The notes beneath the pieces were generated by a model. That model made no database searches. It had not been told where the DNA came from and saw only the letters and a list, made by a program, of their open reading frames with translations. A stretch of DNA of 64,000 bases from Azolla caroliniana (taxonomy: Eukaryota > Plantae > Polypodiophyta), in contig JBHGNT010000002.1 of NCBI GenBank assembly GCA_043228905.1, forward strand, positions 5,270,001-5,334,000. Reading direction: 5' to 3'. Position 1 is the stretch's first letter. The number at the start of each line of letters is the position of its first letter. Below are positions 14,501 through 26,648 of this stretch, in pieces. The position numbers and the translations under genes are program-made.

Positions 14501-17349
14501 TCGCATGGTCATACGAAGACATGCGAGGGCTGGACCCCCAGCTCTACCAGCACCAAATTCATCTAAGTACTGACGCGAAACCCATCGCTCAACGCCGGTA
14601 CCGGATGAATCCAAACTATGCGGCAAAGGTGAAGGAGGAAATTGACAAGCTTCTCCGGGTCGGATTTATCCGACCAGTCAAGCAGGCAACCTGGCTGAGC
14701 CCGATAGTGGTGGTCCCGAAAAAGAACGGCAAAATCCGGGTATGTGTGGACTACAGGAAACTAAATGCCGCGACAGTGACCGACGCTTTCCCACTACCAT
14801 TCACGGACGGAGTGCTAGATGCGGTGGCCGGCCACGAAGTTTACAGCTTCCTGGATGGATTCAGCGGCTACAACCAAATCCGAATGAACCCGGCCGACCA
14901 AGAGAAAACAGCGTTCGTGACGGAATGGGGAGTGTTCGTCGCGGTCGTGATGATGTTCGGATTAAAGACAGCCCCTGCAACATTTCAAAGGATAATTATG
15001 GAAATCTTCGGGGATTTTATTCCCGGTTTTATGCAGGTCTTCCTAGACGATTTCGCCGTCTACAGCCGACACGGAGACCATCTCGATCACCTACGACTAT
15101 GCTTAGAAAAGTGCCGCGAGTACCGATTAAGTCTGAACCCGGCTAAGTGCGTCTTTGGAGTCGCAAGCGGCAACTTGTTAGGGCACGTGGTGAGTCGGGA
15201 AGGAATCGCGGTAGATCCGGATAAAGTAAAGGCAATTCTCGACGCGCCGGCACCGAATAACGCAAAGGCTTTAAGCCGATTCCTGGGTCAAATAAGGTGG
15301 CATAGTCGGATGTTACGGCACCTTGCCGACTTTGCTACACCATTGCACGCTGCTGTACATAGAGTACCTTTCCAATGGACAGAAACGGAGGAGAAAGCCT
15401 ACCAAGCGTTGAAGGTCATGCTGTCACAAGCTCCGGTGGTGCAGCCGCCGGACTGGAGTAAAAGCTTTCACGTCTTCGTCGACGCGTCGGACGTAGCAAT
15501 CGGCAGCGTTTTGATGCAACTCACGGAACCGAAATGGTATCGGCCGGTGTACTACGCAAGCAGGAAACTCTCGAAGGCCGAACGGAACTATTCTACAACG
15601 GAACGAGAGGCGTTAGGAATGGTGTACAGTGTCACAAAGTACAGGCACTATCTGCTCGGACGAAAGTTCTCCTTCCACGTTGACCACTCGGCACTACTCT
15701 ACCTGGTCTCAAAGGCAGCCCTAACAGGAAAACTCGCACGGTGGACGCTGCTATTACAGGAATTCGAATTCGACATTTTCCACCGACCCGGGGTGCAGCA
15801 TGCGGTAGCAGACTACCTGAGCAGACTAGAATCCGGAGAATCAGGGGACGGCGTACAGGACGAATTTCCCGACGCCGAGCTGTTTAGGGTCACGACGACA
15901 CCGGCAACGGAGGCCACGGTAGCGGACGAAGACAAATGGTTAACCGAAATGCATCAGTTCCTGAGCACCGGAGTTCCCCCGGAAAACCTGGACTGAGACG
16001 AACGGAAAAGGATGGCAGTACGGAGCAGACATTTCTGCTTGGTAGGAGACACCCTCTATCACAAGGGGGCAAATGGCGTATGGAGGCGAGCAGTGCGGAG
16101 CGATGAAAAGGATCTGATCCTGAGGGAAGCCCACTGTGGAATTGCAGGCGGGCATTATGCCGGCGAAACAACAGCCCGGAAGATATGGCAGAGCGGACTA
16201 TGGTGGCCGACTACCATGAGAGATGCCGTTAAGTATAGCAGGGAATGCGACCTGTGTCAACGACTGGGCCAACCCACGGAGCAGGCCCGGATGCCACATC
16301 ACCCGGTCTTGCCATTAGAACCATTCCAAAAGTGGGGCTTGGACTTTGTCGGTCCATTCAAGCCACCGGCAATGCGGACCGGAAATCGGTATATAATAGT
16401 AGCTACCGACTACTGCACGAAATGGGTAGAAGCAAAGGCATTACGGGACAACACGGCGGCGTCCACGGCCAAATTTTTATACGAATGCATATGGTGTCGG
16501 TACGGATGCCCGATTGAGCTGATCAGTGACCAGGGAGGACATTTCCTCGGGCAGGTGGTGGAAAGTTTGACATCATTCTATGCGGTAGTACACAAACGAA
16601 GCACTCCCTACTACCCTCAAGCCAACGGATTAGCGGAATCAACGAACAAAACACTACAGAACATCCTTAGAAAAATCGTCAATGAGAACCGAACCGACTG
16701 GGACACGAAGTTGCAGAGCGTGCTGTGGGCGTACCGAACGGCGTACAAGACTAGCATCCGGACGACCCCGTTCCGACTGGCATTCGGCTTGGAAGCAGTC
16801 ATGCCAGTAGAATTCCAAATTCCTAGCTTAAGAATACAGGTTAAGGAGCGGTTAAGCGAGAAGGAATCCGAACGAATCCGGCTGGAGATGCTGTTGGAAC
16901 TGGAAGAAAATCGAATAGCCAACCTGCTACAGCTAGAACTAGAGCAAAGGAGGAGGAAAGCCTTTGTAGACCGACACCGGCGCGGTAACGAAAAGGAATT
17001 CGAGGTCGGGAAACCTGTATTACTGTTCCAGACAAGGATGGGGAGCATGCCAGGGAAATTGCGATTTCGGTGGACCGGACCATTCTGGATCACAAAGGAG
17101 TACAATGGGTCTTACCAGCTCGGGACGTTGTCAGGAGAAGTTGTGGGCAAATGGGCAAATGGGTTTCGCCTAAAACCGTATAAGGGGCACATGCCAGCTA
17201 ACCCCTTCAAGCAAGACCCGGAAATCCCGAATGGCGAGGAACCGACACAGATCCGGAGGACCGAGGAGCCGACACCGACGCGTAACAACGACGAGGAACC
17301 GACAACAGTGTGCACCGACCCGAACACAGCGGGGGGAACCGAACAATGA
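11539..17349 (+). pseudogene. gag-pol: Element A single-frame Gag-Pol polyprotein with two in-frame TGA stops (12316, 15994)
   Basis: ORFs 11518-12318, 12340-15996 and 16012-17349 share one frame; LEGPAAWWH capsid, three CCHC knuckles, IIDGGSGVNV protease, FLDDF RT, VDASDVAIG RNase H, HHCC plus DDE integrase. Confidence 0.95.
11960..12175 (+). repeat. 33-bp tandem repeat encoding (I/L)(P/S)TPPAEEPQER x5-6 in A gag
   Basis: Directly visible in both DNA and translation. Confidence 0.9.
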
Positions 17350-17361
17350 TGCGGCACATGG

Positions 17362-17362
<1 letters not shown>

Positions 17363-17394
<32 letters not shown>

Positions 17395-17422
17395 AAAAAA
17401 AAAAAAATGGAAAAAAAAAAAA
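17363..17422 (+). repeat. Internal poly(A) tract just after the pol stop of A
   Basis: About 60-nt A run with few interruptions. Confidence 0.9.
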
Positions 17423-17661
17423 ATGAATGACGTGGTGCTACGGGTAGAAAATTCAAGACAAGAAGATCAAGAAAATCATGGTAATGATGAAGGAAGTAGT
17501 TACAACCGTCACACGGGTGCACGAGCTATTTAAAGCACAGAACGTGGGGGGCCGATGTACAGGAATTAAAACGTGCGGCAATCAAGGAGTCATAATGACA
17601 GACACGTAGGAGATTCGACACACGCGGCAAAGAAGCGCAAGCATGACACGCGGCAGCAAAG

Positions 17662-17810
17662 GACAGACATGCTATTCATGACAGAGCATGCGCAGGCGCC
17701 AAAAATAGGACATGCTATTCAGGACAGAGCATGCGCAGGCGCCAAAAATAGGACATGCTATTCGAGGCAGAGGACGTGCAGACGCCAAAATTAAAAAGTG
17801 ACATGCTAAT
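17662..17810 (+). repeat. About 43-bp tandem repeat (GACATGCTATTCAGGACAGAGCATGCGCAGGCGCCAAAAATAG) x3 upstream of the extra ORF
   Basis: Three visible copies ending about 60 bp before a TATATAAA at 17870. Confidence 0.85.
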
Positions 17811-17869
17811 TATGGCAGAAGATACGCACGCGCGAAAAACAGGAAAAGGCGGCTCGAGGGAAACGCCAC

Positions 17870-17877
17870 TATATAAA
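17870..17877 (+). promoter_or_regulatory. Candidate internal TATA box for the extra ORF of A
   Basis: CTATATAAAGG about 140 bp upstream of ATG 18013. Confidence 0.5.
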
Positions 17878-18012
17878 GGAAGAACCGGAGAAGGGTTCAC
17901 TTTTTACGAATTTTCCCACAAGCAAACGCAGGCTCAAGACAGCAAGATCCGACGCGCAGAACACCTACACCCCGACCTCAGACCACAGGCAGCAGCAGAC
18001 GAAGAAGAAGCG

Positions 18013-20955
18013 ATGGCACTGTCGGACGGAGCGCGACAATGGCTGACGGAGAACGGATTAGGAGGGCTGCTGCGGGTCGCTGACGCTCCACCACACAAGG
18101 AACCAGAGCAGGCGGCAACAGCGGTGGACTTAGCAGAAGTCACCGAAGGAGCGGTACAAGCACTCACAGGGATTTCGGAGGGAGGACTTCAGACGATAGA
18201 GCTACCCTCGAGCCAAATATTCTTCGAGTATTTCGGCGAATACTCCCTTAGCAGCAAGGCGTATCGCACATAGGGCGGAGAGAACCTGCTGTTCGGAGAG
18301 GTGGCCCGCGCCCTGATGGAGTATGGGTTCGTGAACCCTCGGCCGCCAGCCATAGCTAAATACCGAGCAGCGATAGTCATCGCGACATTCGAAGGCCTGC
18401 AGGTGGACTGGCTCCACTTCATCACCGAAGGACTGAAAGAGGCGATCAAGCACTTGGTGGAAGGGAAGAAGCCATGGGCCGGAATATCCCAATGGTTAAC
18501 AGTGTTGGTCCCACCGGTGTCCCCCCTCAAGCACAAGCAAAGAAGTCGGCAGGAGACTACGCCGAAGCAAACCATGAAGCGCCGACGAATCCTAGAGAAA
18601 CACACTCCAGGATGGACACAGGAAGAAGAAGCGCCGCGGGAAGAAGGATCATCCCGACAGCCGCCGGAAGAGGGATCATCCCGACAACCGCGGAAAGAAG
18701 GCTCATCTCGACAACCGCGGGAAGAAGACTCCTCCCGACAGCAACGGGAGGAAGGCTCATCACGGCAGCCACAGAAACAGCAACAGCAACCGACAACGAA
18801 GAAGAAAAAGGCGGAAAAAGGCAAGGAGAAGCTGGCGAAGAAGACCAGCAAGAGGCAAACCGACACCGAACCAGTAACGCTCGAATCGGAATCGGTACCA
18901 GTAAAGGAACCAATAGTCGCACCGACGGAGGACGCTGAAACAGAGGAAGACTCATCCGAACCGATGTTAATACTACCACCCAGGCAAGGAAAGGAGAAAC
19001 GAGCGACAAGACCGACCCCAACAGCGGACGGAACTCAGCAACGGGCAAAAGAACCGCCTCCAGTAACCGGAACAGAAGCGACACAGGACGAAGGTCCGTC
19101 TGCACCAAAGACGGCAGTACCGGAACCGACGGCGACGGAGTTCGAAGAACAAAGAAAGGAACAAGCGCCGGAACAAGAGAAGAGGCCGGAGAAACAGCCG
19201 GAAAAACAGCCGGAGCTAGGCACGCCTGCTGACACCAACGAAGGCAGAACAAAGGCACAATGGCTAAGGTGGTTGTCAGGGCAGTTGTCGGGAGTAGCAG
19301 ACCAGATGGAGAAAGAGGAGGAGCAAAGGGAACAAGTGACTAGGACGACGACTAAGGATATGGTCATGCTCCGGGCACAATTACATGAGCTGCAAGAAGA
19401 GCTAGCACAGGCAAAAGAAGGCAGCCGACAAGCACAAGATGGCACCGAGCCGGTCGGGACATCAGAAAAGCAAGCCGAACCAGAAACGGAGAAGGCCTTG
19501 CAAACTGGCCCTGAGACCGAGAAGTTAATAGCAACTTTGAAAGAAGAATTACAGGCTCAGGAGGCATTGAGAGATAACGAAAGAGAGCAGCGGAAGTTGG
19601 TAGAAGACGACAGACGGCGAATGGAGGAAGGCCTTCGCCGAAGCAAAGCCACCAATGACCGACTACAAGAAGAAAACGGGACACTGCAAAAGGAAAAAGA
19701 TAGGCTGCGCCGACGAATGGAGCAGGAAATCGAGCGGTTGCGAGAGGAACTCCGACAACAAAAGGACCGGGATGATCAGTTGCGAGCTCAGGCGAACCGA
19801 CGCCTAAAACAGAAGACGGAGGAATTCGACCGACTATGTAAGGATTATAAACAGGCCACGTCGGACATCAAGAATCAGGCAGCAACGTACGACCGACAGA
19901 TAGAGAAGCTGAAAGAGCAGCTCAAGGAAAACCGCTTGGAATTGTCCAAAGCAAGGGAGGAAGTATCGACGGAGAAGACCTTGACGTCGGAACAAAGAAA
20001 GGAGATGGAAGTACTTCGGCAGAAAGTAGGGGAGCTGACAAAGAGCAGGAACGAGGAAAAAGTGAAGTCGACTTTCGAAATCAACAAATGGCGGAGTACC
20101 TGTGACAAGCAAAAAGCCGACTCTGAAGCTCAAGCTCAGTTAATGGCCGACATCATCAAACGGATAAGGAAGGAAAAACAAGCAGCTTCGGAACAGGCTA
20201 AAGCAGGGGTTGACCGAATTAAGTTCATCATGTCAAGTTGGAGTACCCGAGCTCAGGCCAGCATAAATGAAAGCACGGAGAAACTCTGGAGGGAATGGGC
20301 ACAACAAGCAGCTGAACTGCAGACACTCCGAGCTGATGCAGAAAATCGGAAGAAAACCGGAGATGGGTTCTATAAAATGGACGAGGAAAGTATCGTCAAC
20401 ATCCGGGAAGAATTGTCGGAGGATTTCTATGCTCTAGCAGAAGAGCATCTCAAGGAAATCCGAGGGTTAGTAGAGAGGTTGGATGACGGGCAGCTCGAAA
20501 CCCAACTAGAATTGGAAGGGTACGAGAAGGACCGACTGCGACAGGAAGCCGAGGGACACACAACGCCGATCTCCATCAATGAGGGCGAGCGACCGGCTGA
20601 AGAGGACCCAACCAACAATGCACCCCGACAAGAATTACCCGAGGAAGAACTTCCGGAGCAAGAACAGGTTGATGCCGGGGATGATGCAGAGTGGAGACAG
20701 AGAAGTACCGAATCCGGGGAGGAAAGGACACAACCAGTGGAAACCGGAGAGAGCGATACCGGGAACGGAACGGAGGTAGAGCAGGACAGACCCGGACAGG
20801 ATACAGAAGAAACACCGGTACCACCGGTACAAGCAGAGTCGGAGCAGCAAGATGCAAAAAGGCAGCCAATCCAATCGGAAGTCGGAGACGGCACAGGCAA
20901 GACAACACTTGAAACCTCTGAGCGGAGTTTGCTGGATAATTTGGAGGAAGACTGA
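18013..20955 (+). CDS. Extra ORF of element A: 980-codon protein of unknown function (N-terminal globular domain, EEGSSRQP repeats, long coiled coil, acidic tail); one in-frame TAG at 18271
   Basis: ORFs 17755-18273 and 18301-20955 share one frame; the E/K/R/Q/L-rich middle looks like heptad repeats; no obvious transmembrane segment. Confidence 0.75.
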
Positions 20956-20962
20956 AGCCGGC

Positions 20963-21005
20963 TGTGGGTTCGAAGTGCAATGCACTTTCCCACGGGCGTG
21001 CCATG
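20963..21005 (+). other. tRNA-Arg-like T-arm plus 3' end (inverted PBS) at the PPT position of A
   Basis: TGTGGGTTCGA-AGTGCAATGCACTT-TCCCACGGGCGTGCCA-TG abuts the 3' LTR; its reverse complement reads TGGCACGCCCGTGGGA. Confidence 0.7.
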
Positions 21006-21559
21006 TGTTGGCCGGTCAGAGAAGGCAAATGGGAAAGCAAGGTCGGATCGGATAAATATAGAAATAGGAATAGAATTATTAGGAGGGACGGATCCGGTAG
21101 TTGTAACCGATCCGGATCCGAACCGATTCGGTTTCGGTTAACGGTTGCCTACCGAGCACCGATTGTAATCTGGCCGGATGCCTATAAAAGGATCCGATGT
21201 TTTGTAATGAAGAGACGAAGAATTAATATAGTTTTGCTTATGCTTATTAATCTTGTCTTCGTCTGTGCTTAAGTGTAATTATCATACGCGTGTATTAACA
21301 TCCTATCCCTACCACCCCTTTGGAGAAGTGTCGGATAGACACCTGTGTTGCGGCTAGTCCAGCCATACATACAACAATCTCTTATACGCATCAAACATTA
21401 AGCATTCGAGAAGAGCAACTTACTTGGTTGGCTCAAGTGTTTAATGTATTTGTTCTCGAGGTCTCGAGTTCAAATATGACCAAGACCATACAACATCCTT
21501 GATACATATGACTATAACACATGTTTAGACTTAAGGTCTAAGTGCACCTCGGGGTCCTC

Positions 21560-22080
21560 GTAATAGGACTTGCGTTCATTGATGATGATCTTAGGAAGGT
21601 GTATGCCTATCTTATGAGAATAAAAAACAATGCCTTCAGCCCTCTTTCAAGACTACCTTGCAATGCTTGAGAAATGAGACAGATCAAAAGATGAAATGCC
21701 TACGACCTAATAATAGAGGAGATATGTAATTCAATAGCAAAATGGAATTGCTAAACAGATGAATGAAGTTATTCAGGAGAATCTAAAGTATTCTAGTCTA
21801 TCATATGGTTTCTAGCCAGAGGTTCTACTCAATCTAGTGCATATAATTAACATTTTGCCGAGTAGAACCCTGAACTTCAAGATCCTACAAGAGATTTGTA
21901 TCGAAAAATATCCCGACAAGAAAAAGTTGCAGATATTCAGGGCCCTTGTGCCCAAGGATGAGAGAAGAAAGTTGGAATCTTTTTGCCGAAAGCACATCTT
22001 TCTTGGTTATTGTTCCAATCACAACATTGGTCATTGACTATAAGACCTCTAGACAAGACAAATTGGTTGATGTTCAAGCA
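21560..22080 (+). pseudogene. Highly decayed Copia integrase fragment inside C
   Basis: FIDDDLRKVYAYLM and HIINILPSRTLNF...VPKDERRKLESFCRKHIFLGYC match the Copia integrase core and SH3-like region; no flanking LTRs seen. Confidence 0.7.
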
Positions 22081-22418
22081 TTGTCTTTAATGGTTAGATA
22101 ATGCAAAAAGCAATTAAACTCCTTATCGAACTTTAATGGGTTCCCTATGCCTATCTAAATGCTACTCTTAACGGACCAACTCAACATACTTGATTATCTA
22201 CTCAGCAAGTATATGAGCATGCACTTCAAATCATACCAACAACAGTTGTCACCCATAATGCTACAAAAGAGATAAGTAGTGATGATCCAATGAGCCCAAT
22301 CTTACCATGCACATCCTAGAGACCATCTCATCCACTTTCAAGAATAGTAATCTTCTTATTACGAGAATAAAAAACAAAAATCCAAATCCAAAAATCGGGT
22401 CTAGAAGGGGACAATTGG

Positions 22419-25400
22419 TTGATAGCTTGTTTTGTCAATGGCATCCCCAATTCGGACTATCACTGGATAGTGCACGATAAGGATCCAAAATCCTTCGAAG
22501 AGGCCGTTGAAATAGTTCTTCGCTATCAACGCACTTCGAAGAAGGACCATAACAAACCCAACGAAGCGCCCGGGACTAAGCAGTCGCAATTTGTTGGGAA
22601 ACGCAAGACACCCAACGAATTCCTGGATCGCGATTGTAAGCGACAACATCCTTTTTGTGTATTCTGCAAAAAGAAGGGTCATACAAAAGATCAATGTCGA
22701 AAGCTCCAACGGAAAGAGCACGACAACAAAGCTAAAGCTGCAGACCATAAAGGTCATATTCCTAATGTCCTTCAGGTCTATACACACCATTTAAGTAATT
22801 GTCAATGTTCTTTCCCTCACTATGTATTGGGTCCCAATGATTTACTACGTGCAAACGGGTATATCAATGGATCTCCCGTACAATTTTTATTTGATTCGGG
22901 AAGCTCACACAATTTTGTGAATGATCATTTGGTTCAGATATGGGGAATCCAACCCACTGTAAGTAATCACACCTACACGGTGCACTTGGCCGATGGAAGA
23001 GTACAATACATCAACATGGCGATTCATTCATTAGGAATTTCTATTGATACTTATATAGAGGAAGTAGACTTCCATGTAATGAATCTTTGTACCACCGATG
23101 TAATACTGGGTTATCCCTGGTTTTATAATAAAAACTCTTCTTTATTTATTGATTGGGTTCGTCATTCCATTTCTTTTGTACTGAACGATTGTACGCATTT
23201 TATTCAATGTGTAAAAAAACAATCCCTCTCGATTGTTTCCTCGTGTCCATCAATATCCGAGTTGTCTTGTTCTACGTTATTTTATTGTGTACTTGATCCG
23301 GACATTCACGTTTACAATATCGATAATGTCCCGATTCAATTAACATATTTTGAACAACAACAACTTGATGAAATCTTAAATGATTTTCATGATGTTTTTC
23401 CAAGTGAACTACCTGATGGGTTACCTCCTAAACGTAATATAGACCATCGTATAGATATTGTACCTGGTGTTGCACCAATAAGTATACCTCCGTATCGCTT
23501 AAGTCGATCTGAAGAAGAGGAGGTATCTAAGCAACTCAAGGACTATTTACGAATGGGTTATATACGTTATAGTAAATCTCCATGGGGTGCACCAGTTCTC
23601 TTGGTTAAAAAGAAAGAGGGCACATGGCGTATGTGTATTAATTACCGACGCTTGAATAAAGTGACGATCAAGAATTCGTATCCATTGCCCCAGGCTGACG
23701 ATCTAATTGACCGTCTCCAAGGAGCTCGGTATTTTACGAAACTTGATCTCCGTACTGGCTACCATCAAATACGAATAAGTGAGGACGATCTTCCTAAAAC
23801 GGCATTTCGTACGCGCTATGGCCATTACGAGTTTTTGATTATGCCTTTTGGTTTGACCAATGCTCCGGCTACTTTTCAACAAGAAATGAATGACATTTTC
23901 CGAGAACAACTTGGAAAATTTGTCGTTATTTTCTTGGATGATATTTTAGTTTATAGCCGTACATTACAAGAACATGCTAGACATGTCCGCTTTGTTTTAC
24001 AAACATTGCGTGACAAACAGTTTTATGCAAAGATCTCAAAATGTGAGTTCTTCAAGAAATCAATTACTTATCTAGGACATCTCATAACCGAACGAGGAGT
24101 TGAAATTGATCCTTCTCGCATTGAGAAAATCAAGCTTTGGCCCACTCTTCGGAATATTCGAGAAGTTCGATCATTCCTTGGTTTTGTGGGGTTTTTGCGA
24201 AAGTCTCTTCGTAATTACTCCCAATTGACGACGTCGTTTACTGATCTTTTAAAAGGTCAAACGCGTAAGTCTACAAAACCTATTGTGTGGAATGCTACAC
24301 TAGACCTTGCCTTTAAGGAACTCAAGGACCTGGTTTGCAAGGTTCCTTCACTTCTTTTACCTGATCCTTCAAAACCTTTTGAGGTTGAAACCGATGCAAG
24401 CGATTATGCTATAGGTGTTGTCTTGTATCAAGATGGTAAACCAATCACATTCGAGAGTAAGAAACTTGATTCTGCTCAATGTCGGTATACCGTTCAAGAA
24501 AAGGAATTATTTGTAGTTATACATGCGCTCAAAACATGGCGCCATTATCTTTATGGAAATCACTTTGTGGTAACTACGGACCACGAGTCCTTGAAATATT
24601 TTTGTGACCAACAAAACCTGAAAGGTCGTAAGGCACGATGGGCTGATCTCATCCAGGACTTTGATTTTTCCACATGATATCGTAAAGGTTCCATGAACAC
24701 TGTCGCTGATGCACTAAGTCGCATCCGTGAAGTTAACATGCTTAGCTTCACTGCAATATCATCAGATCTTTATGATCACCTTCGAGGAAAGTATCCTGAT
24801 GACAGTTATTTCGCAAAATACTAGGCAAGAGTTGAGTCTGGAACAGACACCACCACATCCTCGAAGGAATACTTCCACATTGCTAACGGTTTGTTCTACC
24901 GTAATGGGAAGGTTTGTGTTCCAGATTTACCCGAGGTCAAAAAGAGGATTCTTTTTGAATGCCATGATGCACCCTCAGCAGGGCACCCTGGAATACATCG
25001 TACATTCGTTCTCATCTCCACTCAATTTTATTGGCCTAAGATGCGTCCTGACATACATAGCTATGTGAGTAAATGTCACCAGTGTCAGGTTAACAAAGCC
25101 GAGCGACTTAAAGCCGCAGGACTTTTACATCCCTTGGACATTCCCAATAATAAGTGGGAAAGTATATCCATGGATTTTATTGTTAGCCTTCCTCGCACCC
25201 AAAAAGGTCATGATGCCATCTGGGTTGTCGTTGATCGACTAACTAAAATGGCCAGATTTATTGCTACTAAAACCACGGTAACAGCTCCTGAATTGGCTTA
25301 CCAATTCGTTGACGAATTGTTTCGTTTTTATGGGTTACCGATGGATATCGTGAGTGATCGAGATCCAAAGTTTACTAGTGACTTCTGGACACAAGTCTTT

Positions 25401-26186
25401 AAGAAGTTAGAAACTACGTTGAGCATGAGCCCCACGGATCATCCTCAATCCGATGGACAGACAGAACAAGTAAATCAAATTATTCAGGACATGCTTCGAG
25501 CATACGTTGGTGCAAAACCAACAAAATGCGAACGTTATCTCCCAATTTTGGAGTTTGGTTATAACAACTCCAAGCATACGTCGACGGGATATAGTCCTTT
25601 TATGTTGATGTATGGTTTCCAGCCACGAGCCCCGATTGATGTTAATATACATCATGATGAGTTGCGAAGTACGCAAAACTTTCTTCGGGATATGCAAGAT
25701 ATGTTGCATATTGCACGAGATAATATAAAAACAGCTCAAGATAGAGCGCGTTATTATGCCGATCATCACAGGCAACCTCATGTATTCAACCCTGGACAGA
25801 AGGTATTTTTACGTGTACCTCACAATTCTAAGACATTGTCTATAGGTAAGTGTGCTAAGTTAGCCCCACGGTTTTGTGGACCTTTTACAGTCCTCAAACG
25901 CATTGGGTCATCAACCTATCGTCTCGTTCTTCCCAATGGTGTCAGAATTCATCCAGTCTTTCATGTGAATCGTCTAAAAGAACTTCTAGGTTCTGGCGAC
26001 AATACAGTTACGACTGAAACTCTGGTTACTTCTGAAGAATTATCTTCTAAACCACATGTACCAGAAAGAATTCTCGATGTTAAAACAAAAAAATTACGTA
26101 CTAAAGAAATACGAGAATTTAAAATAAAATGGATGGATAAATATAAAAGATGTCACATGGGAACGCGAAAATACTCTCAGAACTAA
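22419..26186 (+). pseudogene. gag-pol: Element C gag C-terminus and pol (protease, RT, RNase H, integrase, chromodomain-like tail) with stops
   Basis: [100 protein letters not shown]; stops at 24675 and about 24822. Confidence 0.92.
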
Positions 26187-26243
26187 TTTCCCTAACTTTC
26201 CATTGCAAGAGTGCAATGTTTTAAAGAGGGGGAGTATGTTACG

Positions 26244-26648
26244 GGCAAGGATGGCCGGCAAAGCTTGCACTACGCGAAGGGATCGGGAGGATCCAAGAAC
26301 GGTAATGGGCCAGCCTTGGTGATGAAGCACGAGGCGAACTCGATGAAGAAGACCACTTCCAAATCGGAGGAAGTGTGGTATGTTGATTCCGGTGCGTCGA
26401 ACCACATGACGAACCACAAAGAGTGGTTCTCCTTTTTGGAGAAACCGGATCAACCAGGAGTAGTCGAAACCGGAGACGACACTCCTCACCCAATTGTGCA
26501 CGTCGGAGAAGTCCCTTTGAGCCACGTCGGAAAGAAGGGGAAGCTGATGAACATATTACACATTTCGACAATCACGAAGAACTTGGTGTCGGTTGGACAG
26601 ATTGTCGACCAAGGGATGCAGGTGCGGTTTACGCTGTCGTGCCTTTCG
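26244..26648 (+). repeat. Duplicated copy of the 5' flank of C (9135-9539: Copia E protease region plus S terminus)
   Basis: 405-bp near-identical copy (2 differences seen), joined through GGCA microhomology to an LTR start at 26237. Confidence 0.95.

Larger units (their letters stand above)
11142..21376 (+). mobile_element. Element A: very young full-length non-chromovirus Ty3/Gypsy (Athila/Phygy-like pol, no chromodomain, no extra RNase H seen) with an additional 3' ORF
   Basis: LTRs 11142-11512 and 21006-21376 (371 bp, no difference found by eye), TSD ATCTC (11137-11141 / 21377-21381), PBS TGGCGACCACGACGGGA 11519-11535. Confidence 0.97.

Noticed and set aside
17363-17422. Poly(A) tail of a LINE/SINE or retrocopy inserted in A
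   Set aside because: No TSD or upstream foreign body; it follows the pol stop by 13 nt.
20943-20951. GGAGGAAGA as the canonical PPT of A
   Set aside because: Short, about 55 nt from the LTR, and simply encodes the final Glu-Glu-Asp codons; kept only as an alternative to test.
18013-20955. Envelope glycoprotein or captured SMC/myosin gene
   Set aside because: No signal peptide, transmembrane segment or ATPase motifs are visible; any similarity would be generic coiled coil.
11564-21040. Long antisense and alternative-frame ORFs within A (e.g. 11564-12514, 13593-14522, 18557-19258)
   Set aside because: Shadows of GC-rich, repetitive coding sequence with no recognisable motifs.
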